From: Leidyana gryllorum EB-2025a
Lineage: Eukaryota; Protista; Apicomplexa
Length of the DNA stretch: 64,000 nucleotides
Direction of reading: 5' to 3'
Assembly (NCBI GenBank): GCA_048772705.1
Contig: JBLWGC010000230.1
Location: forward strand, 1,550,001-1,614,000
A program made the position numbers and the translations under genes. Below are positions 45,511 through 56,762 of the stretch, piece by piece (the first letter of the stretch is position 1; every line of letters starts with the position of its first letter). The notes beneath the pieces were generated by a model. It was not told the origin of the DNA. It worked only from the letters and a program-made list of their open reading frames with translations, and made no database searches.

Positions 45511-46609
45511 TTATCCAACTCTATCACTTTCATGCCATTCACCAAAACCTGTGGAATCGTGCCAGCAACTTAGCCAACCCCCTACCTCTACTGATTCACC
45601 AGTCTCAACAACGCTCATCCGCACGGACAAATGAGGTAGCACAGGCTCGGGACAAACTCGCTGGTCTACCAAGTCCATCGGGCCACCTTCCTTTTGCCGA
45701 ACCACCCGCAGCCGGTGCGAGGTCGTGCTCAACAAAGCCTGGGACAGAGGGGTGACAGAGTACACAATCACATCGCCTCACCTTCATCACTTCACCTTTG
45801 CGCATCCGGAACATCACACCAGCTTCACCGTCGGTTGCGAAGAACAGGGTGGCTTCAATAGTATACCGTCGACACCCCCACTCAGTGAGTTGAGCTGAAA
45901 CCTCCACTTCAACTGGTGCGTCCTTCTTCAACGTCAAGCCTGATTCGTTCGGGCCGAGAGCTTTGTCTATTCTGACGCGCCAGGCATCCTTGGGCTGAAA
46001 CGTCCACGACTCCAAATGAGGAACATTAGGATCGTACACGAAACAGCGCATGCCATCTTCGATGATATTCTGGGCTACAAGAGCCTGACTGCCACCGGCG
46101 CCTAAGCCTGCTTCTTCGAGCTCCACCGTATCCTCAATGGGTTCGAGAGGTACCCCACCAGGATTCCGTGGTTTGAGTGACTCGATCACCGTCAGCGCCC
46201 GAGGTACGAAGAAGGCGTCAGCACCGACAGAACTGCTGGCCTGCAACGCCAGAAACTCCGAAGGGCCTCGTAAACTGACGAGTCCAACCAGTCCTAAATG
46301 TGAAGCAACATATCCTGTATTGAATGAAGAAATCTCGACCCACCTCGAGTCCTGGTGGGATGAGCAAGTGTTACGTTGATCAGCGACTCGGTGTCCAGGA
46401 GTACCCGCTCGAGTCGCCCAACAACGAGCACAGAGAGCGTTCGGAAACTGGCGACGGAAGATGATCTGAAATTTGTCCAGATTCGGTATCTCACCTCCGC
46501 GGATCATCCAACGTTGGACATTGTGCTGAGGCGAGATGCTCCAGACTTCCAAGCGTTTTTCTTCCTGTTCGCACTTCACAGCCGGGTGAATCGTCACTGC
46601 GATCGTCAT
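45511..46609 (-). CDS. Hypothetical protein; C-terminal half possibly a concanavalin/levanase-like beta-sandwich
   Basis: 334-aa ORF plus an intron near 45780-45740 into ORF 45511-45771; YTIEATLFFATDGEAGVMFR resembles lectin-like beta-sandwich strands; 3' end uncertain. Confidence 0.5.
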
Positions 46610-47580
46610 GAATCATTGTATACCAATAGTCTGTCGGTGTTCGTAGATCAAACGTCCATCAGAGACTTGACTCACTATCTTGATCTACATATCTGTACAC
46701 GACTCCTAAGTCTCCCCGCTCCTTCAGGGGTTTCAGTGCCACAGAGAGCACTACAGTCGGGCCAACACTGGCAGACTGATAGAACAGAAATCCCTATCTC
46801 GTGGAATGCCCAGAACAAGCCTCCTCATCGGTGGCTTACCGCGTCATCAATCTGTTCTCCGCTAACGTCAGCAATCTGCTGGATGGACCGATGGTTACGC
46901 GTGCCGTATGCAAGGCCGCGAACCCAATCCGGCCGTTCTATCTCATCGTCGTCATCGGTTGGCGTGCTGTGACTATGAGCGACAAAGTTGTAACGCAACG
47001 GGCGCAAGCCTTCGTCGACAAAGTATGATCGGGTCACATGCCTGCATCATGTGAGAAGCAAGGCAGTGTAATTGAGTACCCACCGGTTCGCTAACTGGAT
47101 CCGCCGACGTTCTAAATCTCGTTTTGTTTGTATGACGTATCGCTATTGTAAACTGTGACCAGCTTTCGTGGACGTGGTTCTCTACCTCAAGTGCATCCAC
47201 CTCTGCTAAGCATTTCCGGGTGGTGAAACTTTCGGCGTCGGTACGGCCATTCAAGCTACTCAACATGTTCAGCTGTATATGGAGACATCAAGAAAATTCG
47301 ACGAACACGTCCTCACATATTCGCGCATTTCCTGAGTGATGGTAAGGACCCTCTGCCTAATGGAGCACTCACGTAGTGGAAATCTGTGTCGAGAATACGC
47401 TGCTCGCCTTCAGTCAGCTGTGTAACCGCGATTGCTGGAGCGATGTTCCACCATAGAAGTCCACATATCAAGCTCCTCATGCCATGCACACGCGTTTGCG
47501 TCGAACATTTAGAGTCAAATTATGAGGGCTGATAGGTACTGGCGAGGCGGAATGCACTCAGATAATTTTTTTGTGGAGCG

Positions 47581-49085
47581 ATGAGCTTCAAAGCTGTTCC
47601 CATCGTGGACACGAAGTCCGCTGCGATCACAGCTGCCGACCGTATACTTATATGTAAGGAAAAAGCTGGTAGTTTCCATGATAGGTCGATAGGGTTCCGT
47701 GCACAGGATGTCGAGGCAGCGCAAGAGCTTTTCACCCAAGTGGCTCAGGCTTTTGATGAGAAAAGTGGGACTCGCCAACGCCAGGTCGCTGTCTATCAGA
47801 CTTTGGCCAACGTTGTGCTCAAGTTGCTGCTGACCGCCCACAGCGAGGGTAGTATCACCGGCCTGAAGGTACTGATGTGCACTCACGATTGTTCTTCCAC
47901 CATTATGTTCCCTTTTCAGAGTACTGAGTCTGAGGAGTCCCAGGAGATAACGAAGAGTTACGATGAGTTCTGCGCTGAGATGGAGGAAGCTTTGATGGCT
48001 CTGATTTGTGCCGCCGAAGGAGATCAGAAAGCACTGACTAACATAGTGAATCTGCTTCTCGAGTCCACCCATTGTCCAGATGTCAAGTTACGAACGTAGG
48101 TGGACCAACAATGGCTGAGCTGCTCGCTAATTTGAATTATTGCAGTCTGATGTATACGTTCAACAGTCAGCCCCAAGATTCGCCTTTGAAGCCGATTTTG
48201 TTCACTAAGATCGTGACCTTCGCGGCTGAGAGCAAATTATTGGATTTGGCTGTTGTCCCTGTTCTGAAGAGAGCAGGAAGCTGGCCTGAGGCGTGGAAAA
48301 TCTCTTCGGCCGAGAAGCGTAAAGTTTACAGATGTGTTGCGGAGAAACTGAAGGCCATCGAACAGACACAAATGGCTTTGTATTGGACCCGCAAAGCTGT
48401 GGCCACGTATGACGCTGAGAAGACTCTGGACGGGTAAGTAATGTCCGAGGGCATGTGGTCAACTTTTGTCAGGGATGCTGAGACGTTGGCTGCTGAATGT
48501 CTGCGGGACAGCATTGCTTCACCCACAGAGTTTTACTTTGACGAAGTGCTAAAGCTCAAGGCGGTGGCGGCTCTGGAGAAGAGCAAGACTCACAATGTGC
48601 TTCACAAGATGGCCCAAGTTTTATTGTCAGGGACTGTTCAGCAGATGGCAGATCTTTTCAAGAGTCAGCCCAAAGTATGCAGCACATACGGCTTGCAGGA
48701 AGCTGATTTGTTGAAGAAGATCCGTGTTATCGCTGTAGCTTCCGAAGCGTTGCGGTCTCAGAACTCGATGACCTCAGAAACCTTATTTAGTCGCAGAACC
48801 CTCAAGCTTGAAGATTTGGCTAAGGTTGTCGGGCTGTCAGAGGAGGAAACCGAGGACGCCTGCGTCTCTGGAGTCGGCCATGGCCTCTTCGTGGCCAAGA
48901 TTGACCAGCTGAATAAGACGATCGACATTGAGTAAGTGCACAACACTTGGAGAATCCCCATATGATGGTTTTTCAGCTCTGCAATGTGCCGCCAATTCGT
49001 CAAGGAGGACTGGCAAATGCTCAAGGGAAGACTCGAGCAGTGGCAGAGCGGAGTCAATGATATGTGCCAACTTCTCGGAGTGTAG
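47581..49085 (+). CDS. eIF3m: Translation initiation factor 3 subunit M (PCI domain), multi-exon
   Basis: FYFDEVLKLKAVAAL, LLKKIRVI, LFVAKIDQLNKTI and a spliced last exon (SAMCRQFVKEDWQMLKGRLEQWQ, TAG 49083-49085) match the eIF3m PCI/C-terminal pattern. Confidence 0.8.
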
Positions 49086-49219
49086 GAACCTCGGAGTGTA
49101 GGAACAGAGATTTAGTTGTCAACTTCCCGTGCTTAGTGCGATAACAACACACATTCGGTCTCAATGTATCTACGAGCCCAAACACTTGAATAAGTGGAGG
49201 TCAAATTTTCAGCACCACA

Positions 49220-51936
49220 ATGCCAGAGGATCAGAAGCCGAGGATCTTCAGAAAGGATTACAAAGCCCCTCCCTTCATCGTGAAGGACGCGCACGTCTCG
49301 TTCGACTTGGACTTTGATGCTACAACAGTCACGACCCACCTTCATGTGGTACGCAAGGACAAGGAGGCCTCCACTCTCATCCTCAATGGAGAGGCTTTGG
49401 ACCTGAAAGAAATCAAGATGGATGGGAAGATCCTCCAAAAGGATACAGACTATCAAATGGGAACCGTTCCGGGAGAGCCGTTGTCCATAGTTATCAACAA
49501 TGTTGCCAAGGACGAGCTGAATTTCGACATTGTTCAAGTCATCAACCCTCGCGCGAATACAATGTTGTCGGGTGTGTATAAGTCGAATGAAGTTCTCATC
49601 TCCTTCAATGAACCTCATGGAATGCGCAGAATCTGCTACTGGATTGATCGGCCGGATAATATGACTATCTACACTGTCACCTTGACGGGCGACAAGGAGC
49701 TATTCCCTGTACTTCTGAGCAACGGTGATCGTACTTCTTACTCGGAGTTGGCTGACGGCCGTCACACTGCCACTTTTAAGGATCCCTGGCCCAAAGGACC
49801 CCACCTTTTCGCCATCTGCGCAGGCAAGTTGGGATGTGTCAGAGGGACCTTCCGGACGATGGAGGGACGTGACGTGGCCCTGGATATCTATGCTGAGCCT
49901 CAATACGTCAACCAATTGGATTGGGCATTGGAGGTCACCAAGCAGTCTTTCAAGTTCGACGAGGAGCAGTATGGACGGTGCTACGATTTGGATGTCTTTA
50001 GAGTTGTCGGCGTTTCTGACTTCAATATGGGTGCCATGGAAAACAAGTCACTCTGTGTGTTCAATATCTCCGCTTTGGTCGCCAGCCCGAAGCAGAGCGC
50101 TGACAGCAATTACGAGAGAGTCTTGACAGTCATCGGACACGAGTACTTCCACAACTGGAGTGGGAACAGAGTGAATGTTAGGGACTGGTTCCAGATCACG
50201 TTGAAAGAGGGTTTCACCGCTTACCGTGAGGCGGAGTTCGAGGCGTGGTACTACGGTCAAGGTGTCTCAAGATTGGGTCGAGTGAACGGTCTAAGGAGTC
50301 GGCAATTTGCCGAGGACGCGGGTCCTAATGCGCATCCCATCCGTCCCGAGAGCTACATCGATGTGGACAACTTCTACACTGCCACCATCTACACCAAAGG
50401 AGCCGAAGTCATCGGCATGTACAAAGCGCTGCTGGGCGCTGAGGGATATCGTAGAGGCACAGATTACTACTTTTCCACCTATGACGGACAAGCCGTGAGC
50501 TGTGACGAGTTCAGAAATGCAATGGGCACCGCAAACGGACGGGACTTGAGTCAGTTTGAATTGTGGTATAAACAGCGTCGCACCCCGCACATCCAAGTGA
50601 CCAACCGGAGTTACTCCGCAGACGAGAAGAAGTACACCATCACTTTGAAGCAGATTGTAGCAGCTGATGCCGACCCTGAGGGAGGAGAACCACAGGCCTA
50701 CCTGATACCTGTGCTCTTTGGCCTCGTTGGTAAAGAGAGTGGCAAGGATTTGATCGGAACTCGTTGCTTGGAGCTCGATCAGTGGGAGAAGACCTTCACC
50801 ATCGACAATGTGGCGGAAGACTGTGTGCCTTCAGTGCTCCGGAACTATTCGGCACCGGTCATTCTGGATCCGTTCCTCGAAGAGGATGAAGTTTTCCATT
50901 TGATGGGCTCAGATGCTGATGACTTTAATCGGTGGGAAGCGGGACGCAGCTTGGCTGCTCAAGAGATACTGCGGCGGCTCCACAATCCTGCTAAGGGTCT
51001 GAATAGTCCACTCCCGGTCAACTTGAAGAAAGCGTTAAAAGCGATTCTCGCGCGGGCTGACAGACCAGAGAACTATGGCATGGTGGCACAATGCCTGTGT
51101 GTTCCATCGACCACTTACATCTGCAATCAGCATCCGGGTTTGGACCCGTACCAATTGACAACAGCTGTGAGAGACCTCAAGAAGGCCATCCAGAAGGATT
51201 TGGGAAGTGAGTTGAAGACTTTACACGAGAAGATCCTAAAGGAGATGGACGAGAGCAGCAATGGAAGCTTTGACACATCTGCGGGTGCTGTGCAGAGACG
51301 GAGTCTGGCATGTGTCCTTTTAGGCCTGTTGAGTGCCACGGATGATCACAAGGCGAAGGAGAAGTTGGTCGAGCCCGCCTACTTTGGTCGACCGACCATC
51401 ACGGAGAAGGAGGCTGCCGTGGTTGTGGCAAGCGGTATGGAGGACTGTGATGTGAGAACGAGGATTATCGAGAGTCACTATGAGCACTGCAAGAGTTGTG
51501 ATGAGAATACCTTGGACTCTTGGTTCATAAATCAGGCCCGCGCTTCGGGTCCGTTTGTTACCGAGCGTATAATCGAATTGTCTCAGCATCCCGACTACAA
51601 GGACAGCAAGAATCCGAACCGAATCCGCGCTCTCTTGGCGGTATGTTTGGTGAACCAGGCAGCTCTGTTGCATCCGAGTAACAAAGGGCTGGATTGGGCA
51701 GCTGAGTCCATCAAACGATTGGACACGTTTAATCCGCGGGTGGCAGCTACTTTAGCAAAGTATCTGGCAGCTTTCTCTAAGTAAGTTCACAATCATTTCC
51801 GCTGAGTCTTACGTGTGTCCGTAGCTATGATGCTAATACGATTGAGAGAATGAGGGCGGCGTGCGCGAAGATATACGACGGCGGTAAATGCAGTTTCAGT
51901 GTGAAGGAGATCCTGGAACCCGCTTTGAAAGTTTAG
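49220..51936 (+). CDS. pepN: M1 aminopeptidase N (bacterial PepN/PfA-M1 type), catalytically intact, 2 exons
   Basis: IFRKDYK, FNMGAMENKSL, IGHEYFHNWSGNRV...LKEG (HExxH-x18-E), NFYTATIYTKGAEV, NPNRIRAL; 44-nt intron 51781-51824. Confidence 0.97.
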
Positions 51937-52008
51937 ATAGTTTCTAGTTGGAACATGTTTCATAGATAATCTGGATCCGCACTGAAGCGCACTGGATATT
52001 GAGTACCA

Positions 52009-54708
52009 ATGTTGAACCGTCCAACGTTTCGTTCAGACTATCGGCCAGCTTCCTTTGCTGTCTCGAACGCTGACTTGTTGATAGACTTGGATCCATATGT
52101 CATTCAAGTCAAGGCTGATTTAAAGGTGGTGCGTCAGGACCCCTCAGTGTCAGTATTGACGCTGGAGGGGTCGTCAAATCTGAGGCTCGACAGTGTGAGC
52201 ATTAATGGTGTTGCATTAGATATGGTTCATGATCATGTCTGGCTCGAAGCGGGGGCGGTTCACATTGCTTTGCCCGATATGGGGGCAACAGAGCATTTTA
52301 ATGTCTCTTTACGGCAGCGTATTTTGAGGCCACGTTGGGACGGGGAGGTATTGGTGTTGGGTAGTGGTGGGGTGACCGAGATGTCGCTATGGACGCCGCC
52401 GCGGCCCGATATCCGCACGACATTTACTGTGGTGATGAGAGGAGATGTTGAGGACTTTCCGGTGTTACTTGCCGGAGGCAACTGTGTGCACCATGAAGAG
52501 TACCGAGACGGTCAGCACAGTGCAACATTCGTGGATCCCTGTCCGAAAAGTTGTTTTCAGCTGGCTGTGTGTGCGGGTCGACTGGGGGTGGTGTCGAGAT
52601 CCCATCGAACGCGGACCAACAAGGACATTGTCATTGAGGTATATACAGTGCCTCGCTATCTGTCGCTGGTGGAATGGGCATTGGATGGATTGGTGAAGGC
52701 TGTAAAGTTTGACGAAGACTATTACGGGTTCACGTATGATCTTCGAGCGTTCAAGATGGTGGGCTTACGTGGGTGGTCCGAGCGGGTCGGTAAAGTGTGC
52801 TGGGACAGCCATTCTCTGTGTGTGTGTGATCTCGCTACCATTGGTGTGGATCCAAGTGTGAGCACTGACGCTGATTATCGCAGAAGTCTGGAGGTGGTTG
52901 CACATGCGTACTTCCACACGTGGACCGGTTGTCGAGTTGGAATTCGAGATTGGTTCCAGCTTGGACTCATGGAGGGTTTGACAATATACAGATTGCATGA
53001 GTTTATGGCGGTGTATTATGAGCCGTGTACAGTCCGTATTCGTGTTGCAGATCGGCTAAAAGAGTTTCAGTTTACAGAGGATGCGGGCCCAAATTCTCGT
53101 GCTCTGCAGCCGGAGAGGTTCGAGGAGATGAGTAATCTGCACAATTGGACTAACACCTATAAGGCTGCTGAAGTGATAGGGATGTATAGAAGTTTGGTGG
53201 GATCGATTGGGTTTCAAGAGGGATTGAGGCAGTTTTTCTTAACGTATCAAGGACAAGCGGTGACTTTTGACGACTTTCATGAATGCATGGCAAGCCAGTA
53301 TAAGGGCCAAGCAGACCAACTCAAGCTTTGGTATCAGCAGCGGCGGACTCCGCGGATTGAAGTACTTCGACGCAGTTACCACGCCAAAAAGTCTGAGTAT
53401 TGGGTAACCATCCGGCAGTGTGTCATGCCCGACGCCAACTCGTCCAATAGCGGGTCTGCACAGCCCCTGTTACTCCCCATCGTGTGTGGATTGGTCAGCA
53501 AATCGCGGGGAGAGGATCTGGTGGGCGACGTCTGCCTGATATTGGACACTTGGCAGAAGACCTTTTGCATCCCCAACGTCCACGAAGACTGTGTGCTGTC
53601 GCTTCTGAGACGATTCTCAGCACCAGTGGTGTTGGAAGACTTTCTGGACGCCGGGGATTTGTTGAATCTCGTTCAACACGATACAGACGAGTACAACAGA
53701 TGTGAAAGTGGGCGTATACTGATGAGAAAGGAGCTAATGCGACGATTAGCTTCGCCTCCAGCTCGCAAAGGAACATTGCCACCTCGTCTCCAAAAAGCTG
53801 TCAGAAGCATTCTGGATGTCGCACAAAGCCCCGAGGGATATGCAATGGCTTCCCAGTGTTTGACACTACCCTCCATCAACCACGTCTGTAACACCTTCGC
53901 GGGCCAAGACCCGTATCAATTGGCGTTGATCACTTATGACTTGATGCGGTCCATACACAAAGTCTTTCACAAGGAACTGACTGATCTGTACGAGAAACTG
54001 TCTGCTGAAATCAGAGAGGACGAGCTCTCGAGCGAGGTGTACAACACCTCTATAGCTGCCGTCAACAGACGTACGTTGTGGGGAGTTGTACTGAGACTGT
54101 TGACCATTACTGATGATCTGCGATGTGTGGAGCATTACGTCCAGGAATCCTATTTTAATCGAAAGTCATTCACTGAGAAAAGTTATGCCGCTCGCATAGC
54201 CGCTGGGATTCATGATTGCAGAGTGCGCAAATATATCCTGACCGACTATCACAAACTCTGCCGACCGTTCGATGATCTCAAACTTGACACTTGGTTCGCT
54301 GTCCAGGCCTCTGCTTTCAATCCGTATACGGCAGAGCGGGTCGTCAAGCTCGCTCACCATCCCCAATATAAGGACAGTCAAGTCGCCCATCGTATCGGCG
54401 CTTTGGTGGATCCCTTCGTGTCCAACCTCATCGGTCTCCTCCATCCAACCGATGAGGGGTTGATATGGGCTGCTGCTGCCATCAAGCGCGCAGATACCTT
54501 CCACCCACTTTTAGCCGCGTCCGCCGCCCGCTATCTCACCGCCTTCAGCAGGTAAGCCCCCAAAAGGCGCCAACCACGCCTCTTCCTCTCCAGCTTTGAT
54601 GCCGCTACCGCTGATCGAATGCGTTCCGCTTGCGGCCGGATTCTTGACGGCGGCAAATGCAGTATTGGACTCAGAGAGATCCTGGAACCCGCAGTGTTGA
54701 GGTATTAA
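52009..54708 (+). CDS. Aminopeptidase N paralogue lacking catalytic residues (predicted pseudopeptidase), 2 exons
   Basis: Colinear with the upstream pepN over its full length, with an intron at the same position (54552-54593); HEYFH->HAYFH, GAMEN->VCWDS, catalytic Tyr position altered. Confidence 0.9.
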
Positions 54709-55934
54709 GCCACTGCTGTAGCGCCCGTGCGTTCCCGAACGAGTCCTTGATCGATGGCTGAGAACAATTGGCGCCCAATAGTTCTCATTCGCGGCATCAA
54801 TGAAGTCAGAAGTGACAGTGTCACTGGAGCTCCCCCGTGTTTACGAAGTCCGCTGACGCTTCCGTCTCTGCTAATCAAAGCGCTGATAGTGCTGTCCACC
54901 GACAGACTCTCGTCGTGGGTCAAATCTGATACAGAGTAGCCTTCAACTTGACCCATCGAAAGAACTATAGGTATGTCTTCGACACACACAAACGGCTTCG
55001 CTTTGGGACCGATTCGAGAATCAACTTGAAAATCAATCTGCTTCACCAATGATAGCACTTGGGGATCAAACAAACCAGACTCTTTCTGCTGCCCATCACC
55101 GATGGCTGGCGAGTCCTCCACAAATGCGTCCAACCCTTCCTCTTCAATGCCCTCACCTCCGGTTTCCAGCACCACCTTGAGAGCTGGCAACCTGTAAAGC
55201 CGAGCTGGATGTGGAACAAACAGCCTCGTTGGGCCTACCGAGTGACTTTGAGAGCTGCTGCCACGGCGCAGGATGCGAGATCGACAATTGATCCGCCGAG
55301 TGACATGACCTGTGGAAGGGTGTCATTTCACGGCTCGCACGTGTGCGTCTGTCTCCCTCACCATGATATCCACACACACGCGCCAGGCGAAACGTTTGCT
55401 GATCACACAGAGTTCTTCGCGGGGTATGAAACTGGAGTTTAGGGGACCGGCCAGCAATGTATGGCCCAGTCGTTGTGCGAAAGCCGCGGAATCGTCGTTC
55501 ATCAATGCCAACCGGGCGTCTGCTGCCATCGCAGAGGCGCTGGAAAGAGGTACTAGTTGTGGCGGCAGTAGCTGGAAGACTTACAAATCGACCGATACAT
55601 ATATCTTCCCTTCGTTGGGGGCGTCCATACTGGGAGTCATCAAGTCAGCCTGCAGAAAGGGAAGAAGATGAGCGGTGTGCGGTCGGTCAGTGGGATTACT
55701 GACTGTGATTGAGCAGATGACGTCTCCTTCTTCATTACGAACGCGGGCAGAACCCAAAGCGGTGGGTATTACATCAGTTTGAAGGGTGATAGGTCGGAAT
55801 TCCTCCCGTCTTCGGCCATCGACTCGACAATCGTCCACAACGCCTTGACGGATGAAGGATTTCTCCGCAGCTGAGATTCCGGTTAGCTGGGCAACCTCAG
55901 TTGTAGTGGCATCAGGAGTAACTGCGTCCGTCAT
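54705..55934 (-). CDS. RRP42: Exosome complex component RRP42 (EXOSC7; RNase PH-like), 5 exons
   Basis: ISAAEKSFIRQGVVDDCRVDGRRREEFRPI, GSARV, LCVISKRFAWRVCVDI, GGSIVDLASCAVAAAL, DLTHDE, GLRKHGG; short GT-AG introns link the frames. Confidence 0.88.
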
Positions 55935-55985
55935 CTCTCACTGAAAAAAGAGGTTTTGAGGTTTTTGCCCAATCGAAAATGATGT

Positions 55986-56708
55986 TCAAGCTCGCTTTGC
56001 CATATGTCTGCCCCCGAAAGCGTCATGGGTGGTAAGGGGAAGGACCTTCTTCTTCCGTCCCCGTATGCAGCACGCACCTAGACCAAATATAACAGCCAGT
56101 CCCGCTCCTGCAGCACCAATTGGACCCATTTTGGTTGACCACCTCGTCATTCCGTCTGGGGTGAGAGGTTTGTCATCCCCGGCATAATTCTCAACGGGGA
56201 CGGCGTCACCCACAGCCTCATTCACATCGAGATCAACAGGCGACTTGTATATCTCTCCCCGCTTGTTGTTGATGCTTTCTTCATCTCGATAGGAACGGGA
56301 TCGACGGGGTGGTGATGGTTTACGGTAGTCCTCCTGTCTTTTGCGAGGTCTACGGTTCCGACGTTGAGCAGAGTACTCGCTATCGTCTTCCTCGCCAGCG
56401 ACAGGGGGTAGCTCATCAACGCCGTCATCACGAATAGGTGGTTGGAAATTCTGCTCATCTTCGTCTTCTTGAAAACCATTGTTGTTGCTCAATCGACGGC
56501 CATCTTCTTCTTCTTCTCCTCCATCTCCGTCTCCCGCTGCTTGCTCGGCATCGGGGTTGGCCACCAAGAGACCGTACTTGAGAGGTCTTGTGACCACACG
56601 GCGTCCAGGCTGTACAAAGTCGTCATTTTCAATTGAGCTCTCGTCGAAGGGGCTGCCGACGGCGACCCCCACCAACAACAAAACTCCGAACACCTGGAAC
56701 CAACGCAT
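55986..56708 (-). CDS. Hypothetical type I membrane protein (signal peptide, acidic/charged ectodomain, C-terminal TM helix)
   Basis: MRWFQVFGVLLLVGVAVG leader; TM IGAAGAGLAVIFGLGACCI followed by RGRKKK stop-transfer and a short tail. Confidence 0.8.
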   Translation of the reverse strand: MRWFQVFGVLLLVGVAVGSPFDESSIENDDFVQPGRRVVTRPLKYGLLVANPDAEQAAGDGDGGEEEEDGRRLSNNNGFQEDEDEQNFQPPIRDDGVDELPPVAGEEDDSEYSAQRRNRRPRKRQEDYRKPSPPRRSRSYRDEESINNKRGEIYKSPVDLDVNEAVGDAVPVENYAGDDKPLTPDGMTRWSTKMGPIGAAGAGLAVIFGLGACCIRGRKKKVLPLTTHDAFGGRHMAKRA

Positions 56709-56762
56709 ATTATTCCGATATTACACCCTTTCTTTGAGAAATCCCATGGTGCACACACAATA

